From: a virus
Taxonomy: Duplodnaviria; Caudoviricetes
DNA: 64,000 bases
Strand: one strand, 5' to 3'
Virus record (IMG/VR): IMGVR_UViG_3300032285_003957
Coordinates: 128,001 to 192,000 of that record
Part shown: in pieces, positions 8,517-18,500 of the stretch
Layout of the letters: each line of letters starts with the position of its first letter
Numbering within the stretch: position 1 is the first letter of the stretch
Notes under the pieces: generated by a model
Seen by the model: only the letters and a program-made list of their open reading frames with translations
Told to the model about the DNA's origin: nothing
Database searches by the model: none
Position numbers and translations under genes: made by a program

Positions 8517-10466
8517 ATGGGACTAACACCGTTAGAATATTTAGGAAAGAATCCAAAAATGAGTCTTAAGGATTTGAAAGATGCTTATCCAAATGAGGAT
8601 CATTCAAAGTTAGAGACTATTTTCAATAACCATAATAGCAATGCAAGTAGCACTAATTCATATAGTGATGTAAAAAGCGATGTAGGGTCAGGTGCTAAGG
8701 AACAGGGACGAAGTATTGGTAATGTTGTTGTAAAGGGTATTCAAGAAGCTTTTACTGCATCAGAAAGTAACGTAATGACCACCGCTAAGGATGAGTTTGT
8801 TACGGTAAACGATTTATTCAATAAAGTATTCACAGCTGAAGGTAAATTAAGAAGTGCAGGTGACATGTTCAAAGGTATTATGGAATCAGCCTTTAACGGC
8901 ATTAAAACATACTACCAACAACAAAGTGCGTTAATTACTGAAGTTAATACAAAAACAGGATTAACAGGTGAGTTATCAAAACAATTTAGAGAAGAATTAA
9001 CACAATCAAATATTAGTTTAACAAGGTTTGGAATAAGTTTTGAAGATTTATCAAATGCCGCAACAAAGTTAGTTTCTGAAAGTGGTAGATTTTTATTATA
9101 CAACAAAGAATCATTTGATTTATTTGCAAAAGTAGGACAAGCATATGTTGGTAACTTAGAAAAGTTAACAGCAATGTTACCTGAATTTGAAAAAGTAGGT
9201 ATTGGTGGTGTAAGTGCAGCAACAGCAATAGGTGATGCAGGACAAAAAGCTTTAACCTTAGGTTTGAATTCCCAAAAAGTAACGGGAATGATTGGTGAAA
9301 ATATTGGTAAATTAAATCAATACGGTTTTAAAAATGGTGTTGAAGGTTTATCAGCAATGACAAGAAAAGCCATTGAGTTTAGAACAGAATTAGGTAGTGC
9401 ATTTAGTATTGCTGAAAAAGTTATGGACCCTAAAGGTGCATTAGAATTTTCTGCTAAATTACAAGTTATTGGTGGTGCTATTGGTGATTTTGGTGACCCA
9501 CTTAAGTTAATGTATATGGCTACAAATAATGTTGAGGGATTACAAGATGCATTTATAAAAGCAGCAGGTGGTTTAGCAACATATAATGCGCAGCAAGGTA
9601 AATTTGAAATTAACTCTCTTAACATGAGAAGAGTTAGAGACATGGCTGAGGCGACAGGACAAAGTGTTGAGAATTTAACTAAAACAGCAATTGCATTCCA
9701 AGAAAGAGCATTTGCTAAAAATCAATTAATTAATTTAGGATTAAAACCTGAACAAGAAGAATTCATTACTAACCTCTCAAGAATGGAAGGTGGTAAGATG
9801 ACAATTGATTTACAAGGAACATCAATGAGAAGTATGTTTGCAGACATTGCTCAAAATGGTAAAGTCACTTTAGACCAAGTTAGAGATAACAAACAATTAC
9901 GTGAGGCGATAATAAAAAATCAAGATGAATTTGCAAAGAAAACACCTGAGCAAATTATTGCAAGTCAAGCATCAGATGTAAAACAAATTACAAGATATGT
10001 TAGCTTCTTAGTTGCAAGAGCAAGATTTGAAATGGGTAAAACGGCAGATGCGGGTATTGGAAAAGCATTAAGTGCTGCGTTTGGTGTTGATACAGATATT
10101 GTTGGGGCGATAAAAGGTAAATTAGCTTCAGGTGAAGTTAAGATGAAAGATTTAGGTGAAGATGTTAGAAAATTCATTGGCGCTAATGATGCTCGATTAA
10201 AAAGTTTAACAGCTAACGCAACAAAAAATGAAAACGATAGAGTGAACTTAGCCAATACTGCAGAAGCTCAAATGAAAAAAGATAAACAAGCTAACGCAAC
10301 TACAACTGCTAATACTAATAATCCACAAGAAGTTAAACATACTGTTGAAATAAAAGCACCTGCATTAATGGATGGTTGGTCAAGAGAAATGGTTAGAGAT
10401 TCAAGCATAGCTGATTCATTTACTTACGTAAACCCAAGATCATATACAGCGTCAGAAAAAAAATAA
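8517..10466 (+). CDS. Tape measure protein
   Basis: 649 aa, Ala/Gly/Lys-rich and predicted helical, in the canonical position after the tube and chaperone genes. Confidence 0.75.
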   Translation: MGLTPLEYLGKNPKMSLKDLKDAYPNEDHSKLETIFNNHNSNASSTNSYSDVKSDVGSGAKEQGRSIGNVVVKGIQEAFTASESNVMTTAKDEFVTVNDLFNKVFTAEGKLRSAGDMFKGIMESAFNGIKTYYQQQSALITEVNTKTGLTGELSKQFREELTQSNISLTRFGISFEDLSNAATKLVSESGRFLLYNKESFDLFAKVGQAYVGNLEKLTAMLPEFEKVGIGGVSAATAIGDAGQKALTLGLNSQKVTGMIGENIGKLNQYGFKNGVEGLSAMTRKAIEFRTELGSAFSIAEKVMDPKGALEFSAKLQVIGGAIGDFGDPLKLMYMATNNVEGLQDAFIKAAGGLATYNAQQGKFEINSLNMRRVRDMAEATGQSVENLTKTAIAFQERAFAKNQLINLGLKPEQEEFITNLSRMEGGKMTIDLQGTSMRSMFADIAQNGKVTLDQVRDNKQLREAIIKNQDEFAKKTPEQIIASQASDVKQITRYVSFLVARARFEMGKTADAGIGKALSAAFGVDTDIVGAIKGKLASGEVKMKDLGEDVRKFIGANDARLKSLTANATKNENDRVNLANTAEAQMKKDKQANATTTANTNNPQEVKHTVEIKAPALMDGWSREMVRDSSIADSFTYVNPRSYTASEKK

Positions 10467-10486
10467 AACCTATTTATAAATAAAAA

Positions 10487-13400
10487 ATGCCAAGTTATTT
10501 AGATTTTGAATCAAGCAGAAATGGAAAAAATATCCCTGATTCCCAAACGGGCTTCAGAGATTATTTATTGGCTAAAACATTAAAAAGACCAAATGGTCCG
10601 CAAACATTTACTGCTGCAAATTATTCTGAACAAAGTTTATCTGAACTACCGAACAAAGATGTTGGTGGTATAGATAACAGTGAAAATTTTAATTTGAATA
10701 GTAGTTTGGTAAAAACTTCGGCAACAAACACATACAAACCAATTCAGTTTTTAGTTAAAGATACTTTGGTAACATTACCAAGAGCAAAGAATCTAAATTT
10801 ATATCCATATTTTGAAAGTTCAAATCATACCTTAATTGGTATTATGAGTGGAACAATAGACAATAAAGAATCGGATATGATTCAATTCGCTGAAAATTTT
10901 ATCAAGAACGATAGAAACGGACCCGTGTTTGCAAGATTAGCAAGAAATATTGACACTGAATTTAATGGTAAAAATAGATTATTAGATGCATTAAATGGTA
11001 ATACTGCAACAGCTATTAATTTAGTTACGGGTAGAGAACCATTAATTGAATATAATAATTCAATCACTGTTGCAAAAACATTACCGGGTAAAGCAATAGA
11101 TTTTTTAGAAAAGATAGCAGGTGTTACGGCACCATTTAGTGAAATACCTGGTGATTATTTAACTAATCCCGCACATCCAATTAACTATAGACAAACAATT
11201 GACCCAAAAACAGGACAACCTGTTGACCAATCACAATCAAATAAATTGTGGCAAGATATCACAGGTGCTATAGGTTCATTAATTGGTATACAAAGAAGAC
11301 CTAATTTCACAAGAAAGCCATCTGACTTAATGATTGAGTATTTGGGTGAAGGTCAAAAAATGAAATTATATAATGCGTTAACATTTAACACATATTCACC
11401 AAACTATTCAACAACAGCAATGTCACAAAACTCGTCAAAGGTTTTTAATTTCATTGATAAAGTTGCAAGTTTTGGTAAAAAATTAATTGGTGAAGAAGCA
11501 CCAAATGGTAAAGGTGTTTATGATAAACAAGGTAATTTAGTTGGACGTCGTTCAGCATATATTGGCGATGATAGAGGTGAGGATGTAAAACATGCAATGT
11601 CTGATTTTTACAGCATCATGTATAAGAGTCCTTTTTATCTTAGTCAAATGTTTGATGCAATACCTGGTGGTGGTTATTATGATGGAACAGATTTATTTCA
11701 TCAAAATAAACCATTAGTTTGGGTTAAAGCAAGTGGTGTAACAGATGGTTCAGCTGATATGAATTTCAGACCCGATTCATTATTAGATTATACACAATTT
11801 ATTGTTGGCCTTTCATCTAAAGATGGTGAAGACCACGTATCAAGAGCTATTGATCAAACATCAAAATATTTTGTTGACGGTGGTAAAAAATTTTCAAAGG
11901 GTTCAGCTGTTAAATTACTAAAAGACAAAAGTAGTGATGTTATTGGTGCGGAATATGGTAGAGTGTGGACAAAAACAAATGGTTACAATAGTTTAGACAA
12001 AACAATGAAGCAAGGTTCAAACATAAGAAAGTTTGAAGGTAGCGTATTAGGTGGTAAAAGTAGAGTTTGGAATTTAAACATGGCACCAATGTCAAATGGT
12101 AAAAAATCATTTGAAGGTTCAACAAATATTTTTGAAAGAACAAATGGTGCTAAAGATTTCTATGCTAAAAAATATATGTTCTCTATTGAGAACTTAGCGT
12201 GGAAAACATCAACAATGCCGGGTTTCACATATGATTCATTACCTGCTTGTGAAAGAGGTAATAACTTTGGTAGAGTTATGTGGTTCCCACCATATGGTTT
12301 ACAAATTAGTGAACAGAACAATGCAAAATGGGAGGAGAATACCTTTTTAGGTAGACCTGAACCAATTTACACATATCAAAACACATCAAGAGGTGGACAA
12401 TTGAAATTTAAAATAATTGTTGACCACCCAAGTATTCTTAATTTATTAATAAGAGAACATTTTAAAGATATGACTGATGAACAAGCTGAAGAACATATCT
12501 TAGCTTTTTTTGCGGGAACAGAAACTTTTGATTTTTACACATTAATAAAAACATACACAACATTGGATGCTAATGATGTTGGGTTAATTAAAGCATTTAT
12601 GAATGCACACAATAAACCTGACACATCAACAATTAAAAAGTATAGATATACAAGTGAACCCGTTCCAACAGACAACCCATCAAAACCAGATAATACTAAA
12701 CCCGGAGCACCAATAAAAGCATCTTTTTATTTTGAAAATGATGTTCCTGGTAAATTTTCTGAAAAGAAATCAACATCTGATTTTACTTATGCTCAATTAT
12801 ATGCACCTTATTTAAACAAGAAAGAACAATATCAAGTAGACTTAGCAACGGATTTAAATCAATTATTAACAGGAACAACAGCTGATTACAAATCGGATAT
12901 AAAAGTTATATTTGGAAATGATGTAAAATCTGAAGAAAAAGCAACCGCAATTTCAAAAAGAGTTGAATCTGTTGGTAAAATCTTTGATAAGATGAGAGAC
13001 GATTTTGCAGGCTTAAATACAAGTCTTGCAGATTTGAAAAAACAAATATCAGGTAATACGGTTGATGACGTTACAATTGTTATTGAAAGTTCCACATCAG
13101 AAGTCGGCGAAGATAACCCAAACTTTTATTTAGGTGTTAGAAGAGCTCATAGCATTGCACAAACAGTATTTGAGTTATTAACTGCACCGGGAACTAAAAT
13201 AGATTTTTTAAAATGGCCATCAAGTAGCGATTTAAAAGATAGTTCTAAGAAAGGTTCTGACTTTTTAAAGAATGAATATCCGTTATCAAGTTTTGGTTGG
13301 AAAGAAAATAAAGGTAAATTAAAGTTATCATTCAAATCATACGGTGAAGACTATCAATCAGGTGACTTTAGTTGTAAACAAGTTATTAAAACAAAATTTG

Positions 13401-15268
13401 GTTTAAAGAAAACCGCACCGGTTGCAGTTGGTTGTAGAACTGGTTCTGTTAAGATTACATATGATGTTAAAAATAATCCTGCAACAGTAACAACTGTTCC
13501 ACAAAAAATTAAAATAATTGTGGACGAAGAACCACTGGTTCCTATTCCTAAACCTACAATTGATGTTATGAAACGTATCATCATGAAAACTTTAGGTGAA
13601 TGTTATTATTTTAAAAAATTAGAAGATACAGATCCATTAGTATTCAATGCGTTAAGAGATAAATTAAAATATTTTCATCCTGCATTTCATTCAACAACAC
13701 CTGAAGGTTTAAATACAAGATTAACATTCTTGTTACAATGTGTTAGACCAGGTGATACAATACCTATTAAAGGATTAACTGATGCTTTGGACCAAAATGC
13801 GAGAAATACAACTTTTGGACCACCACCAATTTGTATATTAAGAATTGGTGATTTCTATCATTCAAAAATTATTATTCGTGATGTTAATATCGATTATGAA
13901 GATAATTTATGGGATATGAATCCTGAGGGAATTGGTGTGCAACCAATGATTGCTAACGTTAGTTTATCAATAAACTTTATTGGCGGACAAGGTTTAGAGA
14001 AACCCGTTGAAAGATTACAAAATGCATTATCGTCAAACTTCTTCGCTAATACAGAAATGTATGACGAAAGATCAACATCAACTAACACAATAATTGACGG
14101 TAAAGTAGCTGAAGATTTTGAATATGAATTTTTACATGAATTAGAAAAGAAACCTGAATATCAATTAGTTGATGATGCTGACAAAGGTAACAATGTTTTT
14201 GAAGGACAAACAGTAGGAAAAGCAGATATAAACAATCAAGGACCAATTTTAAGTTATAATTGGTTAATCGATAGTATATATAACTATTCTAAAGTTTACA
14301 CCGACGGAGTTACATCTGCATATGAAAAAATGGTAAAAGATTATGGATTCAAAATTGCAAATCCATTCTTTAATCCTTCAATTAGAACTATAAACCAATA
14401 TGATGTTCAAACACCAAGCGGAACAACACCAATAGGATTTATCGGTTTACACCCAAAAGGTAGTGATATACAAACAACAATTTTAAAAATAAAAACGGCC
14501 GTTCTTGATGCTGTTGAAAACAGTAATTTAGCGGTTGATATTTTAAAGTTAGTTGATAACGCAGACGACGGCCCTGTAACGGAATTAGAAAGAGCGTTAA
14601 AACCATTAATTAAAAAAGTTATTACTGACAAATTAGATGCTATTTCAAGTATTGGCGCTTTAAAAGAAATTGATGACAAGAGAAATGCTGTAACTAGTGA
14701 TTTTGATTACATGAACTATGTTATAAAATACGGAAAAGACGGTTTTATAACAGGAACAACATATAATGACGTTTCATTAAATGGTTTCACAAAAGAAGAA
14801 TTATTTGGTGGATATTCAAATGTTGTAGGTTATCTTTTAGATTTTAATAATAATATGATTCAATCATTAGATACGAGCCTTGATTTTATGGCCATACAAG
14901 GTTTACCGGCTCAAGAAGCAAAAGTTATTATACCTTATTTGATTAAAGATGATGAAAACAAAATTATTGAAGAATTAAAAAAAGAAGAAATTCTTTCATT
15001 AAGTGATTCAACTGGTTTACCATATATTAATAAAATAACGATTAATTTATATAGTCAATCACCTAAACCAATAACAGATTTCAAATACAAGAAAACGACT
15101 GAAGTAAAAAGAAAAGATACTAAAAAATACGAATACGTTAAAGGTGCTGTAGAAGAAATCGCTGCCGAAGACCCTGATGGTAAAAAACCAATTTTGAACA
15201 ATCTTTGGATTAATAAAAATATTGAACCAACAGGAACTAAATTAAATTATTATAAAAAGAAAGGATAA
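10487..15268 (+). CDS. Large baseplate/tube-initiator protein (gp48/gp54-like domains) with an internal OmpA-like segment
   Basis: Two tube-like segments (WFPPYGLQISEQNNAKWEENTFLGRPEPIYTY; PPICILRIGDFY...PMIANVSL) flank YFENDVP...NFYLGVRRAHSIA. It follows the tape-measure gene. Confidence 0.55.
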   Translation: MPSYLDFESSRNGKNIPDSQTGFRDYLLAKTLKRPNGPQTFTAANYSEQSLSELPNKDVGGIDNSENFNLNSSLVKTSATNTYKPIQFLVKDTLVTLPRAKNLNLYPYFESSNHTLIGIMSGTIDNKESDMIQFAENFIKNDRNGPVFARLARNIDTEFNGKNRLLDALNGNTATAINLVTGREPLIEYNNSITVAKTLPGKAIDFLEKIAGVTAPFSEIPGDYLTNPAHPINYRQTIDPKTGQPVDQSQSNKLWQDITGAIGSLIGIQRRPNFTRKPSDLMIEYLGEGQKMKLYNALTFNTYSPNYSTTAMSQNSSKVFNFIDKVASFGKKLIGEEAPNGKGVYDKQGNLVGRRSAYIGDDRGEDVKHAMSDFYSIMYKSPFYLSQMFDAIPGGGYYDGTDLFHQNKPLVWVKASGVTDGSADMNFRPDSLLDYTQFIVGLSSKDGEDHVSRAIDQTSKYFVDGGKKFSKGSAVKLLKDKSSDVIGAEYGRVWTKTNGYNSLDKTMKQGSNIRKFEGSVLGGKSRVWNLNMAPMSNGKKSFEGSTNIFERTNGAKDFYAKKYMFSIENLAWKTSTMPGFTYDSLPACERGNNFGRVMWFPPYGLQISEQNNAKWEENTFLGRPEPIYTYQNTSRGGQLKFKIIVDHPSILNLLIREHFKDMTDEQAEEHILAFFAGTETFDFYTLIKTYTTLDANDVGLIKAFMNAHNKPDTSTIKKYRYTSEPVPTDNPSKPDNTKPGAPIKASFYFENDVPGKFSEKKSTSDFTYAQLYAPYLNKKEQYQVDLATDLNQLLTGTTADYKSDIKVIFGNDVKSEEKATAISKRVESVGKIFDKMRDDFAGLNTSLADLKKQISGNTVDDVTIVIESSTSEVGEDNPNFYLGVRRAHSIAQTVFELLTAPGTKIDFLKWPSSSDLKDSSKKGSDFLKNEYPLSSFGWKENKGKLKLSFKSYGEDYQSGDFSCKQVIKTKFGLKKTAPVAVGCRTGSVKITYDVKNNPATVTTVPQKIKIIVDEEPLVPIPKPTIDVMKRIIMKTLGECYYFKKLEDTDPLVFNALRDKLKYFHPAFHSTTPEGLNTRLTFLLQCVRPGDTIPIKGLTDALDQNARNTTFGPPPICILRIGDFYHSKIIIRDVNIDYEDNLWDMNPEGIGVQPMIANVSLSINFIGGQGLEKPVERLQNALSSNFFANTEMYDERSTSTNTIIDGKVAEDFEYEFLHELEKKPEYQLVDDADKGNNVFEGQTVGKADINNQGPILSYNWLIDSIYNYSKVYTDGVTSAYEKMVKDYGFKIANPFFNPSIRTINQYDVQTPSGTTPIGFIGLHPKGSDIQTTILKIKTAVLDAVENSNLAVDILKLVDNADDGPVTELERALKPLIKKVITDKLDAISSIGALKEIDDKRNAVTSDFDYMNYVIKYGKDGFITGTTYNDVSLNGFTKEELFGGYSNVVGYLLDFNNNMIQSLDTSLDFMAIQGLPAQEAKVIIPYLIKDDENKIIEELKKEEILSLSDSTGLPYINKITINLYSQSPKPITDFKYKKTTEVKRKDTKKYEYVKGAVEEIAAEDPDGKKPILNNLWINKNIEPTGTKLNYYKKKG

Positions 15269-15594
15269 TGAGTAGAAGTTATGTAGATAGGTATCAGTAT
15301 TTTATGAACGATGGTGAATATAAAATCGTTCCAGGTATTGATATACCATTTAAAGGAACCGACCGATATACCCAATACAAAAAAGGTAGAGACAGATTAG
15401 ATAGGATTTCCCAAGAAAACTACGGGTCACCTTTATTCGGATGGTTAATATTAATTGCTAACCCAAGGGTTGGTAGTATTGAGTTTGAAATTCCTGATAA
15501 TTCGTATTTAAGAATACCATATCCATTAATTAGTTCATTACAAGACTATAAAAATCAGGTGGATTTGTATAAATTGTATTATGGCGAACAGTAA
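15268..15594 (+). CDS. LysM-like baseplate wedge protein (T4 gp53 / P2 gpX-like)
   Basis: DRLDRISQENYGSPLFGWLILIANP...LRIP LysM-like motif, located between the initiator and hub genes. Confidence 0.75.
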   Translation: MSRSYVDRYQYFMNDGEYKIVPGIDIPFKGTDRYTQYKKGRDRLDRISQENYGSPLFGWLILIANPRVGSIEFEIPDNSYLRIPYPLISSLQDYKNQVDLYKLYYGEQ

Positions 15595-18500
15595 TATTCC
15601 GGGTAATGAAAATATACTTGTTAAAGTAGACCAAAACAACATCGTATTTATTGACCCCAATAGCGTTGTTGAGAATGGTGATGTTAAAACAAGAAATGTC
15701 CAACAAGAAAATCTTGTTATCTATGTTAATTTAGAAGCGGATTTAATTGAAAGAACTGTATTGGCAGTTAACAATACTGAAGAACCTTCAGCAAAATCCT
15801 CATTGTTATCTGTTGCTAAGGGAACGTTAAACATGTTAAAAAATAACAATGGTAATGATTTTGATACAACATGGACAAATTCATTTATTGAGAATACAAA
15901 AACTACAACAAACAATGGTAAAACAACCAAAACATTTGTTGATAGTATGGCAGATTCATCTGCACAATCATTCGGTATTGAAAGTGTTAATATAACAATT
16001 GCAGGTGCTAACTTTATACCACAAATCAACATCAACTTTATTGATGTTAGAGGGAAGACATTATTTGAGTCACCAAAGAACTCACCATATTCAGCATTTT
16101 TCCATTTACCTTGGCCAATATTTTATTTAACGGTTAAGGGGTTTTATGGTAAAGCAATTAGATACAGATTACACTTAGTTGATTTTTCATCATCATTTAA
16201 TGGAACAACGGGTAACTTTGATATCAACACAACATTTGTTGGTTCAACGTATGCGTATTTGAATGATATCCCATTAGACGGTGCGTTCACCGCTCCATAT
16301 CTTTATTCAATTGAAAAAGATAGAAAATCAACAACAGTTGAAAAACAAGTAACAAACAATGGTAAAACGACAACCGAAAAAACAACAACAACAAAAATTA
16401 ACATCTCTAAGAATTCCAAAGGATACCAAATGTTACATTCGGTATATCAGGAATATATTCAAAAGGGGTTACTACCTAAAAATTTTAGAACAATCACATT
16501 AAGCGAATTGGTGAATAAAGCCAAAAGCTTGGATATGGTTATTGAACAATCAATTTTTAAAGGTGTTGATGCTAAAGTTTTTGCAGGTATAAAAGAATAT
16601 GAGGATACGTTAAATGATTTTGAAACATCATTAAATGCGTGGAAATCTTCTTATACCGATACCAAACCAATAACTGTAGGTAATAAAGTTTATTACCCAT
16701 TAAAAGCAAGTCTTAACGGAAAAACTGATTCTGTTTTTAACACAAGCGACGCAAATTCGTTGGTTAGTATTTTAAAATCTTATCCTGAAAAATTATCTAA
16801 ATCTGCAATTTTCATTGATAAATTTGTTAAAGATAAAACTAACGCTTCATTTAAAGGATTGTCGTTCGTTTATAAAAATTATATACAAGATGTTGGGAAA
16901 TATACATTAGAAGATAGTCCAAATTTCTTGGTTAACATCAGTGGAGACGAAACAAATCCAACAAGTATATTAAATGACTTGTATAGAATGTTCGCATCGT
17001 TTGTTGAACAAAGAGATAAGTTTCAGAAAAAAATTGAAGAATTAATCAATAACGTAATTAGAGATTCTAAAACAGGTTTAGGATTTGAACCAACGGTAAG
17101 AAACGTTATTGGTGTTTTATTAGCAAATGCGGATGTGTATGTTAGATTATTAAAAGATGTTCATACAAGAGCATTTAACGCAGGTGCAAAACGAAAAGAT
17201 AAAGTTACTCCGATGTGTAATGAAACAATCGGTAAAAATGAAGTTTATCCTTGGCCTGAAATCACAAAAGCCTCATCAGGTAGTAAACAAAAAGTAATTG
17301 TATATCCGGGTGACGAAAGTATGTATAGAACATTGGGTTCAAATGACCCATCATTATGGCCAGAGGTTGAGTTTGTTGAAAACTATATTGCTGTATCAAC
17401 AAAAAGAGTTGACCCAAAAGCAGACAAAGAAGGTGGTGTTAATAAAGTGGATTTTGTTTTTGAACAAGATGAAAAGTATTCTAAAACAAAAAGAATATCT
17501 ACATTATTTCAATTGTGGGATGACGCACCTTATGTTAATAAAACCTTAAGTTCGGTATTATTTGAAATTTGGGAAAGAGCAAGATATGCTACTTTTTATG
17601 ATTCATATGATTTAAAGGTTGTCGAAGAAATTGCAAAAATAGAATCGGAAAATTTAAAAGAATGTATAACTGAAGATTTGGACATTATTGAAATGTTAAA
17701 ATCGGTATTAACAGTTAATAAAGATGATAACGCTGCAGGCATTACCGATTCATATCATAAATTTTTAGCATATTTGGATAGTTTTTCACCATTTGAAAGA
17801 GCACCTTATCTAAAAGATTTTTTACCAACAGTTCCATATGTTAAGGATATTATAACACAGTCATTTACATTAGAACAATATGGTGATGCAACGATTTTTG
17901 TAAATAACGATAAGGATTATCCAAAATTAAGCACGTTTATAAAATCATATGAACCTGAAAAATACAGAGCAGACATATATCCATTCAAGTCACCAACTTA
18001 TTTGTCATATCTTAATTTAACTAAGTTTGATAAGGTTAAACAATTAAGAATGTCCAACATATTGAATGTGAACACTGAAGATGGTTTAATTAGCACATCG
18101 AACAATTTAAAATGGGTTAAAAGCGGATTTGAGGATAATTTATTTAAAAACCAAATTACATTCCCTAACCAAACAAAGGTTCATATTTTAAACACACCAT
18201 ATTTTCATAAAGCATTACTTTATGATGTATCAAGACCTGTATCATATGCAAAATATGTTGGTTCAGCTTATTTGTTATTGAACTCATTACCATTTAAGGA
18301 CTTATCTGACACAATGATTGATGAGACAACAAAGAGTGAGGTGATGTTATCAACAATGTTTAAAGAAGCTGGTGCTTCTCATACAATACCATATCATTTA
18401 ATTTGTAAGTGGGGTTCAATATATCATAGATATAAAAACTATGTTTTAGACGGCGGTGATATTTTATCAGGATTTACAACAAGTAATATGATAAACCCAA

